From Azolla caroliniana (lineage: Eukaryota > Plantae > Polypodiophyta), in assembly GCA_043228905.1 (NCBI GenBank), contig JBHGNT010000009.1, forward strand, positions 11,780,001 to 11,844,000: 64,000 nt of DNA, given 5' to 3'. The notes under the pieces were generated by a model. That model saw only the letters and a list, made by a program, of their open reading frames with translations. It was not told where the DNA came from and did not search any database. Below are positions 36,001-49,272 of the stretch, piece after piece. The number at the start of each line of letters is the position of its first letter. Position 1 is the stretch's first letter. Both the position numbers and the translations under genes were made by a program.

Positions 36001-38511
36001 CAGGGTTCATCCGACTGGTCAAGAAAGCGACATGGCTGAGTCCGATAGTTGTTGTACCGAAAAAGAACGGAAAAATCAGGGTATGTGTCGACTACCGGAA
36101 ATTGAATGCGGCAACGGTAAACGACGCCTTCCCACTCCCTTTTACGGATGGAGTCCTGGATGGTGTAGCTGGTCACGAACTTTATAGTTTCCTGGATGGA
36201 TTCAACGGCTACAATTAGATCCGGATGCACCCCGACGACCAGGAGAAAACCGCTTTTGTTACCGAATGGGGAGTATTTGTCCTCGTAGTCATGATGTTTG
36301 GACTTAAAACGGCGCCAACAACCTTTCAACGGATAATCATGGAGATTTTCAGAGAATTTATTCCAGCATTCATGTAGGTGTTCCTAGACGATTTCGCCGT
36401 GTATAGCCAGGAAGGGGAACACCTCCAACACCTCCGACTATGTCTTGAGAAATGTAGGGCTTACCGGTTAAGCCTTAACCTGGCAAAATGCGTGTTCGGA
36501 GTGTCAAGCGGTGCATTACTTGGCCACATCGTTAGCAAGGACGGTATTGCAGTAGACCCGGACAAGGTCAAAGCAATTTTGAAGGCACCAGCACCCACCA
36601 CGACAAAAGCATTGAGTCGGTTCCTAGGACAAATCCGGTGGCATAGCCGGATGCTCCGGTATCTGGCAGACTTGGCCACACGATTGCATGTTGCGGTGCA
36701 CCGGACGCTGTTTCAATGGACAGACACAGAAGAGAAGGCTTACCGGGCATTAAAAGTACTACTATCACAAGCATCGGTGGTGCGACCTCCGGATTGGTCT
36801 AAAGAATTCCACATATTCGTAGATGTGTTCGACATAGCAATTGGGAGCGCATTAATGCAGCTTACCGAACCAAAGTGGTACCGGCCCGTGTATTATGCCA
36901 GCTGAAAGCTGTCCCAGGCAGAACGTAATTACTCAATGATGGAAAGAGAAGCCTTGGGCATGATCTACAACGTCACCAAGTTCCGACACTACCTATTGGG
37001 GAGGAAATTTTCCTTTCATGTAGACCATTCGGCACTACTTTACTTGGTCTCAAAAGCATCACTCACGGGTAAGCTGGCCCGATGGACGTTATTATTACAG
37101 GAATTTGAGTTCGAGATATTTCACTGGCCAGGAATACAACATGCGGTTATGGATTATTTGAGCTGGTTAGACTCCGGTGACGGAGTCCCAACGAGTTTCC
37201 GGATGCAGAGTTGTTTAGGGTCATAGCAGAAATGACAACAGATGGTACGGTTGCCAAGGAGGACAAGTGGCTCACTAACATGCACCAATTCCTGAGCACC
37301 GGATTACCTCCAGAGGAGATGAACAGAGATGAGCGGAAACGATTAGCAATACAAAGCTGGCACTTCTGCCTACTACAAGACACACACTATACCATAAAGG
37401 CGTGGATGGTATATGGCGGCATGCGGTGCACAACGATGAAAAAGACCAAATACTACGCGAAGCACACTGCGGCGTTGCCGCAGGGCATTATGTTGGGGAC
37501 CCTACGACAATGAAAATATGGCTGAGTGACCTATGGTGGCCGACAACATTAAAAGACATCGTCCGGTATGCTAAAGAATGCGATTTATGTCAGCGGATGG
37601 GCCAACCAATGGAGCAGGCAAGAATGCCTCACCAGCCGGTGCTGCCATTGGAACCATTTCAGAAATGGGGGCTGAACTTCGTCGGCCCATTTAAACCACC
37701 AACAATGAGAACCGGCAACCGATACGTGATTGTCGCTACGGACTACTGCACCATGTGGGTGGAGGCCGAAGCACTACGTGAAAACACTGCGGCATCCATG
37801 ACAAAGTTTTTATATGAATATATCTGGTGCCAGTATGGATGTCCGATTGAGCTAATTAGCGACCAAGGTGGGCATTTCCTAGGACAACTGATGGAGAGCT
37901 TGACGACATTCTATGCGGTGGTGCAAAAGAGAATCACTCCGTATTATCCGCAAGCCAACGAATTAGCCGAATCCACAAATAAGATGCTACAAAACATCAT
38001 GCGGAAAATCGTCAATGAGAACCGGACGGATTGGGATACAAAGCTGCACAGTGCACTTTGGGCCTACCGGACAATGTATAAGACAAGTATCCGGACAACG
38101 CCTTTCCGATTAGCATTCGGATTGGAAGTAGTAATGCCGATCGAATTCTAGGTTCGCAGTTTGCGGTTACAGGTTCGGGAACGCCTAAACGAGAAGGAGT
38201 CGGAAACAATCCGGTTAACAGCACTATGCGAACTACTGGAACACCGGATAGCCAGCCTGATGCACATGGAACTGGAGCAATGGAGAAGGAAAGCGTTCGT
38301 CGATCGACACCCGAAAGGTAACGAAAAAATGTTCGAGATCGGCAAGCCAGTACTTGTATTCCAGACCCGGATGGGTAAGATGTCGGGGAAGCTACGGTTT
38401 CGGTGGACCAGACCATATTGGATCACACGAGAGTTCAACGGTTCCTACCAGCTAGGGACACTCGCCGACCACAATCCGCAAAAGGGTCCGTTTGGGGCGG
38501 TTACGGATTAA
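33041..38511 (+). pseudogene. Gypsy J gag-pol remnants
   Basis: ORFs 33178-33723 (EEERPP repeats), 33907-34221, 35679-35996, 36378-36905, 36936-37226, 37402-38151, 38161-38511. Confidence 0.88.
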
Positions 38512-38915
38512 CAAGATCGAATTTAAAAGAAAAAGAAAAAAACGAAAAAGAAAAAGAAAGGAAATCGAATCAGATCAAATCAAACCCAAATCATGCGATG
38601 GCGAGGAGCGAACGACCACATGCAATGACAAGGAGTGAACATGAACTTTGAAAAGCCATGTAGTGGGCTATTTATAGTGCATTAAAACGTCGCCACGTGG
38701 CACTTCATTGCTATTATAGTACACGACATGTGCATGCGCAGGAATCGAGAAAGGCGCCAACATGCAGGAAGAAAACCTCCACCGCATGGAGGCCTTCTCA
38801 TTTCGCGAATAGAGAATTGCAAACGCACACATGCGATTAAGGATAATCAGACGCGAGCACCTAGACCCCACTAACACACCTACCTCACCAGCACCCACCG
38901 ACTGAGAAGGAGAAA

Positions 38916-41528
38916 TGGATTGCATGGTGCTCTCTGAAGCAGCCAAGAAGTGATTGAAGCAACACAGATTGGAAGGATTCTTGAGGATCATGGAGGCACC
39001 ACCACACAGAGAGGCGGAAAAGGTTGTCAAAGACATCAACACAGAAGTAATCATAGAGGAGGCAATCCATGCCCTGACGGGCTTACCCGAAGGCGGCATC
39101 TTCACCATCGACAACCCTACCCCAGAGCAGCTCACGAAATACTTCGGTGACTACTCTCTGGCCAGCAAGGCATATCACACACAGGGTAGCGAGGATGGCT
39201 TATTCCGAGAGATTGCTCGTGTAATCCACGAGTTTGGCCATGTGTACCCTCGACCCCCGACAATGCCTAGGAACAGAGCTGGTTTAATTATAGCCACATA
39301 TGAGGGTATACAGGTGGACTGGTTGGTGCTGATCGCCGACGGACTGTGCGCGGCCATCGACTTGGTAAGAGGGAAGGATGGTAGGAAAATATGGACGAAG
39401 ATGGCGCAATAGCTCACACTGTTAGCACCACCAGTGGAGCCCATCACGGTGAAGAAGCGGGGGAGAACAACCGAAGGAACCCCCAAAACGGCTTCAAAAC
39501 GGCATCAACTATTGGCTGCTAAGGGAACCAAAGGGAAGGAGGCCGACACTGAAAAAACGGCGAAAGAGCGGCCGAACCAGGCGGAGACACAGGAGGAAAC
39601 ACTGGCACGGCGAATAAAGATTACATTGCGCTGACCAGGTCAATAGGAGCTAGGGCCCTTGGCAATGAAAATCAATCTTGGGACTCAGGAGGAGGAAACG
39701 GCGGAGCAGCCGAACGAGCACCTCCAGTGGCGCCAGAAGAAGCGCACTGCAGACCATGTCGGGGAGCAATCAGGTCCAAAGAAGGATAGGACGCCGATAC
39801 CCCGCACTGAGGGCCTAGAGCCAAGGGTGGAATCGGAACCGGTTCGAACAGAACCGGTCATAGAATTCCCTACGCAGTAGGCTACGCCAACGGGTTAGGA
39901 CATAACAAGACTCGTGATTCAGGAGCCGGTGATTCAGTTGTCTACACCACGGGCACACTAGGACCAACCAGAGCCGGAACGACCAACTGAGGCACAACCA
40001 GAGCCGAAACTGCCAAGTGGTAACAAACCGGAGCCAAACACTGACAATTGTACATAATAATATGACCCCGGTGATGGAAACAATCCTGGATACAATTACA
40101 GCGCAAGCACAAGAGCTTGCCGTTCTCAAAGAGGACCTGGCCGCACAGGAAACATTACGGGCGAGGGAAAGAGAATTAAAAATGGCGGCAAAGGAGGAAC
40201 AACAGAAAACTACCGACAACCTCCACCGAGCAGAAGAGAGCCTACGGAAGGGACACCAAGCCTATGACCAGCTTAAGGAAGAGAAAGAAAAATTGTTGCA
40301 AGAGAAGGATAAACTCCGAAGGATGGCAGAAACAGAGATAGAGAGGCTCAAAGAAGAGCTTCGGCAACAAAAGGATAGGGAAGACCGAGCTCGCTGCCAA
40401 ATCAATTAGAAGCTCAAGCAGAAGAAAGATGATTTTGACCACCTACACCGAGATTATAAACATGTCGAGACGGAATACAAGAAGCTCATCACCGACAACG
40501 ACCAACAACAGGAGAAGATGTTCGAGCTCCGGAACGAAGTGTAACGGGCGAAGACAGCACTAGCGAAAGAACGGGCTGAGAAGCCAAAAATATAAATTGA
40601 AGCAGCGCAGGAACGCCTGGAACTCCAGATGCAACATCATGCGGAAACAGAACGCGCCACCATGGTCTTACAAAGAGTGCAGACAACCTATTAGAATCAA
40701 CTGGTGCGCTACAAGGACTAGGAGGTGGTAACTGCAAACCTGATCAAACAGTTGAAAGATGAACGACAGGCCACAAAAGACAAATCAAAGATGGGGCTGG
40801 AGCGGATCCGGTGCATTGTACAAGCATGAAAGAATCGAATGAAGCACTTGATTGAAGACAACTCAGTATTATGGTGGTCGAAATGGGCGAAGCATGCTGC
40901 CGAGGTACAATTGCTGAGGGCAGACGCAAAAAACCGGCAAAGGGAAGGAGATAAGTTCTATAAGCTAGAAAAGGAAGAATTTGTTGCCGTGAAAGATGAA
41001 TTGGTAGTTCACTTCGTAGCGTTGGCTGATGAACAGATAGCAGTGGTCCGGCAACTAGTGGTACAACTAGATGATGATCGGCTGGATAACCAAATCCGGT
41101 TTGAAAGTTACGAAAAGGAGAGGCTACGGCAAGAGGCGACGAAGAGCGCGGGAACAATCAATCTTAGTGATAAAGAGCCATCGTTGGAGCAAAGGACGGA
41201 CAGAGTTAAGGCTGGCACAAGCCAATCGGATTTACCTCGGGAGGAGCAGCTAAGGGAGGCATATCCGCAACAACCGCCGACACTGAGAGCCGGACAACAG
41301 CTATCGGAGGAGCACCGCCCAGAGGAGCCGGAGGCGGCGCAGCAGCAGGAGCAACAACAACAGCCAATGGAGCAGCAGCCGGAGCAACGACCACAGCCAA
41401 CGGAGCAGCAACCGGGGCAACGACTACAGCCAACGGAGCAGCAACAGCAGCAACAGTCCGATCAGCTTTCCGAAGAACCCTTAGAGCCCCTCGATCAGAG
41501 CATTCTGGATATTTTGGATGAGGATTGA
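38916..41528 (+). pseudogene. Decayed additional ORF of unknown function downstream of J integrase (charged, coiled-coil-like, Q/P-rich tail)
   Basis: Collinear same-strand fragments 38954-39412, 39434-39634, 39659-39880, 40017-40409, 40839-41528, separated by stops and frameshifts. Confidence 0.7.
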
Positions 41529-43415
41529 AGGCCTGAGAGTGGGATTCGACGTACAAGGTACTGTCCCACGGGCGTGCCATGTGTTAGCCAGCCGGCAAGG
41601 AGTGGAGGACAGTCCAGAATGTGAAAGGGCAGGAATTATCGGAAGCTGTTATTAGAATAATTAATAGTTAAGTATACTTTGATAAGTGAACGGACGGACT
41701 AGAATCGGTATGCCTCGTCCTAACACCCTTTCGTGAAGTGTCTTCCGTAGACACCCTGTGTTAGGCTATTGTTCGACCCTTAGGAGTAACAGTGCCGACT
41801 TCTTCAGTCGACTCGGCTCCCTTTGTCTTCTTGTCTGCCCCTATCTTGGTTCTCTCTTTCTCTCAGGTTCCTTGTCTGGTGCCATTACCTGGCTCCATTC
41901 ACCCCCTCAAGTGCGGCACATCGAGATGCTGGAGACCGAGCATCTCCAAGAAGTGATGTAACTTGTCTGATCTGAACGGCTTGGTGAAAATGTCCACAAC
42001 TTGCCGATCCGTGTGAACATACCGAAGTTCAACTTCACCGCTTAAGACCCGCTCACGCACAAAGTGATATTGTACTTCTATGTGCTTTGTCCGAGCATGA
42101 AATACGGGGTCCTTAGTGAGTTGTATGCTGCTTATGTTGTCACAATAGATAAGGATCGAGGTCGGTACCTCAATCCGGAGGTCTTGTAGCAACCGCCGAA
42201 GCCATATAGCTTCATAGGTGGCAATGGTGGCGCCCCAATACTGAGCTCCCATGCTCAACAGAGCTACGGTTGGCTATCTTTTGCTACTCCATGCAATAGC
42301 TATGCTACCAAGACAAAACATGTATCCGGAGGTGGACCGGCAATCCGATGCATCACTAGCCCAATCATCATTTGTATATCCGACTAGCTTTTTTTTTACC
42401 TATACTATGTCGGTATAATAGACCCTTATCTTGAGTGCCACTAACATACCGTAGTATCCGGTGCACTGAAGGTGCTCCACAGTCGGCTTGTGCATGAATT
42501 GGCTAATCACTCTGATCGGATAACTGATGTCGGGTTAGGTGATAGTAAAATAGATAAGGCTTCAGACAATATGTCGAAACCGTTTGTCATTGCAGGCCGG
42601 GTCAGAGTTAGGACATAACTTAAGGTTCCAGTTCAGGGGTGTGGAGATCGGTCGACAATCCTTCATGGAGTACTTGTACAACATATTCAACACATAATGT
42701 CACTGTGAGAGCAATATGCAGTCGGGGGTATGGATCACCTCAATCCCTAGAAAATAATGAAGGTCCCCCAGTTCCTTCATTTCAAATGCGTCCGACAGTT
42801 GGGACTTCACTCAGCCGAATTCATCGAGCCCGGGTCTGGTGATCACTAAATCATTTATATATAGCAAGATACATACTGACCGTCCAGACCTTTCCTGATG
42901 AACACTGAAGAGTCAGATTTCGAGGTCGCAAAACCCATCTTACGCGACCGGTGCGTGATTTTCGCATTCCAAGCTTGGGGAGCTTGCTTTAGATCGTATA
43001 GTGACTTCTTGAGTCGGCACACTGTCGACTTGTTCATCTCTAACTGAAATCCAGGGGGGTTGGATCATATAGACTTGTTCTTCAAGATCACCTTGAAGAA
43101 ACGCATTCTTCACATCCATCTAATGAAGATGCCACCCCCTTGCCGCAACAACTGTCAGCACCACACAAACCGTTGTCATCTTCCTACCGGATTCAAGGTT
43201 TCGTTGGAGTCGATTCCGTGGGTCTGCGCGTATCCCTTCGCCACTAACCGGGCCTTGTACCGGTTGACCGAACTGTCAACATTATACTTTACCTTGTACA
43301 ACCACTTGCAACCGATCGGTTGGCAATGTCAGGGAGGGTCAACCAGGTCCCATGTGTCGTTGGCATCAAGTGCCTTCCTCCATAGCGGCATGCCAATGTG
43401 GATCCCTTGCCGCGT

Positions 43416-44544
43416 TGTCGTGAAAAATCCGTCACTACGTGGGGATCGTGAAACGGAACTGCCGGGGTCCTGGACTAGAAGGATTCGAAGTTTGCACTAG
43501 CTTTAGCGAGAAAGTATTTAAGATAGATTGAAAGAGAGAGATTGAGATAAGATAGAACACTTGAATTTAGATTGAGAGAGATTGAAGTGGAGAGAGAGAT
43601 TAAGATTGAACCCTTGACTTTATATTTGAGGAACAAGATATATCATCAATTGGATAACGAATTTTTCTTCTTATTAAATTCTTGATTAATACATAGCTGT
43701 CTTTGATCTTTTTCATCCACTCTTTTAAAGATGCCCCCATGCATATGATGTATGTGAGGGTACAAGACATGCATACAATGCATGGAATGCATGTGATGCA
43801 TGTTTGCCATTTGGCGCTCATGCATTATATGTGATGCATGATAACCATGTCACTCATTCAACCTCTAATATGAGAATTTAGATGTGAAACTATAATGATA
43901 GAAAAAACATTTCTAAAGAAATGACTTGGCTTAGTGGTAAGTTTACTACCTCCTATCAAAGAGGTGCAAGTTTCAAGCCTTGCTTGCATCCCTTTGTATA
44001 CAAGTTTTTTACTACGTTTTTTGGTCTAGATGATTTTGTTCATTTCACACCAAAATCGTCGCGATCAACATATCTGATCGATCCGTCTATCCGGTCCTCG
44101 GCGATCCGATCCTGTGCCGTCCGTCCATCCGGTCCCAATTCTCGAAAACCATTTTGAACAACTTGGCCGCATCCATTCGTCCAAGTTATATAACCCAAAC
44201 TTTTTGTGCTCCTAACACATAGATGAAATACAAAGAGATATGGCTCTACGTATATATTGTTGAATCCTGATGGTGTCCTATCTATGTGAGATATCTCACA
44301 GTTTTGTTTTCCTCTTCTTCTTCTCAAACTTCACACTGACATAACTTGACACTAAGTTGTCTGTTTCACATATAGTAAAATGCATTCGGAAGCTCTTGAA
44401 GACATCCATCTTCTCGTACCAAGGTATTAAAATAATATAAAATAATATCTTCACAATTATTGTTTCATATTGTGTGTGAAGAACCACACTCGATTTTGTA
44501 CATTCCATGCAATTTTCACACCATTGCCGAAAATCTTCACGATA
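43416..44544 (-). mobile_element. Solo LTR C2, 4-bp TSD GCGT
   Basis: GCGT at 43412-43415 and 44545-44548. Removing it restores host TTGCCGCGTCTACGTAGCT. Its 5' end matches solo LTR C. Confidence 0.9.
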
Positions 44545-47500
44545 GCGTCTACGTAGCTCTTCGGCTTACACACTTCCGCTACTTTTGTCATGTATGCATA
44601 GTGATGCACCATGTACTCATTGTACCCATACCGTTTTACAGGGTTCTTTTGGCGGGTAGATTGGTGTAACTTCTTGTTAGCCGATTTGAGGGCCCTCTTG
44701 GCCGACTCAGACTTCGTTCCCAAAGGTCCGTCTTCATTCCTTCCGAAGTTGGATTCACTATGATCTGAGTTGTCTCTACTGGTGTCATACTTTAACATCT
44801 TCTTCTTCCCCTTTTCCTTGCATGTGAACCGTCTCCTTGGTTCCTTACACAGGGAGAGCACGGTTGAGTCTCCATTGCTCACCGACTATTCATCTGACTG
44901 GTCATTCTGACTAGCTCGGTTGCCCCACTCAGCCGGAACGAGACCAGACTCTCATCTAGAGTGTCAAACCCTTCTTCATCTTCTGCCCGGACCGGTTCAG
45001 GCTCACTGGCCACATCTCGGGTCAGAGTTGGAAAACGGAGTAGATAGAGAGTATACCATGATGCTGACTCATCAAATTCAACATCCCGGCTTACTTGAAC
45101 TTGTTTTGTTCGAGGGTTATAACACTTATAACCTTTTTGCTCATGTGAGTAGCCAACTAGGATGCACTTCTCCAACTTTGGGTCCAGCTTTCTCCGCTTC
45201 TCATCCAGTACATGCACATATGCTATGCTACCGAATATCCGAAGGTGCCTTAAATTCGGTTTCCTCCCGAAATGCAACTCGTGTGCTAACACCTTCTCCC
45301 CGATCCGGTTTTGGATGTAGACGACCATCCTAACTGCCTCAACCTAGTAGAATTTGGGCATGCTTTTCTTGTCAAGCATTGCCCTTGCTGCGTCAACAAT
45401 CGACCGGTTCTTCCTCTCCACCACACCATTTTGTTCTAGTGTGTACCTGCAACTGAATTGCTTTCTGCTGTAGATGACTATTGAATTGGCCTAAAAATTA
45501 TTCTTTTCCGCCATCCGATCGTAGGCACTCGATCTTCCTATCCGTTTCCCATTCGACTAAACTTTGCAAGTTTCGGAAACAATCGAAAACTTCGCTTTTC
45601 TTCTCGATGAGGTAGATCCATGTATGACGGATGTAGTCATCGATGAAGGAGACAAAATATCGGCTCCCGCCAATACTAACATTCTATGTTGGTCCCCATA
45701 CGTTTGAATGTATTAGATCGAGCTTGTTACGGCTCCGATTTCTTTCGGTGGGGAAGGGAAGTTGGAGTTGCTTCTTGAGTTGGCAAGCTTCACAAATTTG
45801 GACCTTCCGGCCACTAAATTTGAGCAATCCGAAAATAACGTGTTTCGATTGTAGGTCTTGAAGCCTCCGGTAGTTGATGTGGCCAATCCGATTGTGCCAC
45901 AAGTCAATGTCTGATTCAATCTTCTCTCCTTTGGCAAACAAGGCGGTGCCTACATCATTGGTATCGAGGATAAACATCCTCCCATCCCTGTGCCCTTGCG
46001 CAATTATCCAGCCTTCTTCCTCAATGAAGCACCCGAGGTGTGTGAACTGGACCTGAATCCCCTGGTCGACGATTTGCCCGACTGACACTAGGTTCTTTGT
46101 GATTGTCAAAACATGAAGTACATTCATCAGCTTTCCCTTTTGTCCGACATGGCTTAAAGGGACTTCTCCAACATGCGCAATTGGGTGGGGAGTGTCATCC
46201 CCAGTTTCAACAAGTCTTGTTTGGTCCGGTTCTGTTTTTTTGGCCACCTACATTGCGTACTGATCCACCTCGTCCTCCACGTCCATGGGGCTGATCCACT
46301 TTTTTCTACATTATCTAGCTGTCCGATTGAGTGCTCCTTCACCCGGGATAGCCATCAATGACTCCTACGAGTATTGGACTTGGGAGCTTATTCAAGAGGA
46401 TGTTTTGTGACAATAAAATTTCACGATCCATGAAACAAGAGTTGGCTCCTGAATCTAGGAGGGCAGATGCTAGGACTCGATGACATGTAGATGTGGTAAG
46501 CACGACTTGTGCAGAAAAAAACTCTACTCACTTGATTTGATGAAATGGAACCACGACTAGGAACTAACTCTATATAGCTAGGATGGTCCAACCAAATTCG
46601 CTCCTATTTTGGCCGAACTTACTCATTTAACACATCCTCTAATTGGCTGAAGACATCGAATCTATTCTCATGGCATGGACAATGAGGCTTACTTATGTTA
46701 ATAGAAGTAACAATGGAACTCGAAGTAGGGTTGTCATGTGCAATTACTTGGTATACTTGACGTCTAGGTTTATGTGGACAATTTATGGCTATATGCCCTG
46801 GACTGCCACAATACAAGCATAGGCGATGCGCTCGATGTCGTTGCTTCTCAGCATCTGGTAAAGGCCCATGACGTTGTGTTGACTCTATTTCCATCGGAGT
46901 TGGGCCATCCTATGTAATGGGTCCTGAAACTTGTGGAAGCGTTGTGACTACGGAAGCGTAGGTTTGTTCTGGTTGGTAGCGTAACATTTGTTGGTGCTCA
47001 TAACGTCGCTCAAATAGGCAATTGATGGCTCGACTAATGGCCTCTGTAAGCGAGTTCAGATCTTCAGGAAAAGTAAGAAGAAGATCTTTGACGTTCATAA
47101 TTTACGCAAACCTTGACGGAATTGATCCATTAAGGCCGTCTCATCCCAAGGGATATCACATGCCAAGAGGCAGAAAGCAGTTGTGTAAGCCGATGCGGGA
47201 CGATCTCCTTGTCGGAATCTTCGAATCTTGTTTATCGCTGTCCTAGTGTTGTCGGTGTCTCCAAAACTAGCTTAAAACTCCTTTAGCAACGGTGATTTCT
47301 TCTCGAGAAGTGGTGCGAACCATGCTAATGTCATACCGCATAGCAAAGATCCCACTAATCCCACACGAGCAACGTCAGTTGGATACCGATTGGGATGTAG
47401 TTGAATAACCAAAAGAACTTGATTCAAAAACCCTGGGAATAAAGATCTCGTACTATCAAACTTGGTGGGGAGGCTAATATTTGGTTCTCTATGGGAGTTC

Positions 47501-48355
47501 TACGCCCTTGACACTTGGTCTCGTAAAGATAATATAGTCACCTCGAGTTAGTGAACCCATTGTGATAATTCTTCATATTGTTGAGCTTTTTCGGTGCTCA
47601 CTTGTTGTAGGTCCCCAAGTAGCCTTTGATTTTCATGCTCTAATGCCACAAATTTATTCGTGAGCATGTCGAGCTCATAAACACGTTGTCAGGGTAGTTG
47701 TGGTTCGTGCGGCGAAGTCGCGGGGACTAAGGTTAAGGGGAGTTGAAGAAACTTAAATTTTAATAAGGCTTGTATAGTGATGTTAGAAAGGTTAAGAGTA
47801 GCAAGAAGAAGAGTTACGAGTAATGTGAGAGAGAGAGAGAGACGAGAATAGATAGAAAATAGAGACAATATATGATTCAAGAAACAAGATAGAGACAAAA
47901 TATGATTTAAGAAGGAAGATTGAGACAAAGTATGAATCAAGAAGCAAGAATATTTGATATAAACATGATGAAAAAGACAATATTTTACCAACTTCACAAT
48001 CTTTGATCGCAAACTGAACACATTCTCTACCGACCCTTGATTTGAACCCTCGACTTCAACTCTAAGAGACAAGACACTTCCCCAAATGAGCTAGCTTCTT
48101 TGCTTGATAAATTGTCTGATTTCTTACTTTCTCTTCCTTGATTGATTCCCCTATTTTCCCCTTGCCCCTCTTTATATAAGTGTTGCCATGCATATGGTAA
48201 TGTATGGGAGCATGGCATGCATGCAATGCATGAGTTACATGTAATGCATGATCGCCATTTGGCGCACATGCATTGCATGTGATGAATGATGGCTATGTAT
48301 GAAAATAGATATGGGATAAGTATAATGATGAAAATGCATTTTGAAATAACTAACC

Positions 48356-48539
48356 TAGCTTAGTGGTGTATGCTTGGTGGTTGGTATACAAGGTTGAGGG
48401 TTCAAGTCCCTCAATTTTACTTAATACAATATATAGCTTCATTCTTATATCATGAAGCACATTTATTTCACACTAAATAGCCTAGCCTAGTGGTATATAC
48501 ATTGTGCATCGTATATAAGGATGTGGGTTCAAGTCTCTC
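48356..48539 (+). promoter_or_regulatory. Two tandem tRNA-like A-box/B-box cassettes in the E LTR (copies at about 58809-58992)
   Basis: TAGCTTAGTGGT...GAGGGTTCAAGTCCCTC (perfect 5-bp T-stem, 7-nt loop) and TAGCCTAGTGGT...GTGGGTTCAAGTC; spacing 44 nt each. Confidence 0.72.
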
Positions 48540-49272
48540 AAGTATTATTAAATACAACATTTAAGCTCATTTTTATATCGTGAAGCACATTCTTCACGAC
48601 ACCCACCCCCTCTGAACTTGCACATTGGTTGTGCAGAGTTCATCCAACACTTCTTCTGATTCTTTTAGTTCTTCTACTTCTGCATAAAATTCAGGCTCTA
48701 ATGACTCCCTCCTTTTAAATATTTTAATCCTTTTTCCTACAATTGGGATACGAATTTCTGTCCCATCTAATTCATTGAGGAAATATGTGGCTTTATCTGT
48801 TATTTTCCTAACTTCATAAGGTTCAAACCATCTTTTTGCAAACTTCCGAATAGTATTGTATTGATTATCTAGGCTATTATCATATACTAATACCCAATCT
48901 CCCTCTTGCACCTTTCTTGGTCGTATTCTTTTCATTTTGTCAAATCTGTCCTTATTCTTGATTCTTGCCTCTTTCAATCTAGTAGCTGCTTTTTCTATGT
49001 CTTTTGTCCTTGATTGAAGTTGTCGTATTCGAACCGCAAGTAAATCTTCCCTACTCATTTCCGATTCCCAAGGCAACACAGCCCATGTAGTTATCTTTTC
49101 TTCAATTGGCATTATTGGCTTCTGTCCTGTGATTAATTCTGCATGCATATATCCAGTAACAGTGCTGTGAGTTGTCCTATCAGCCCATAGTGCATAGGGT
49201 AAGGTTTTTGGCCAATCACTGACCTGTCCTCTACATGCCTTTGCCAAAGCTTTGACTATTGGCCCATGTCCC

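Larger units (their letters stand above)
32539..41791 (+). mobile_element. Non-chromovirus Gypsy element J with extra 3' ORF; LTRs 32539-32998 and 41582-41791 (3' LTR internally deleted); TSD GTGCT/GTGCC
   Basis: TGTTAGCC...GAGTAACA ends. PBS TGGCGACCAC at 33006-33015 (tRNA-Arg-like). RT FLDD at 36378, RH, and INT at 37402-38151. Confidence 0.9.
32210..46243 (-). mobile_element. Copia element I internal region (family of G/L), LTRs not seen; hosts J and solo LTR C2
   Basis: ORFs 45684-46247, 44879-45328, 44457-44882, 41899-42258 (HARTKHIEV...HLRG); 3' extension at 32210-32538. Confidence 0.85.

Noticed and set aside
47689-48072. Hydrophobic ORF suggesting an env or membrane protein
   Set aside because: Lies within the E LTR, arises from CT-rich short repeats, and the frame differs in the other LTR copy
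48349-48420. Functional tRNA gene
   Set aside because: A box, B box and T-arm are present but there is no convincing acceptor or anticodon stem; recorded as a tRNA-like cassette instead
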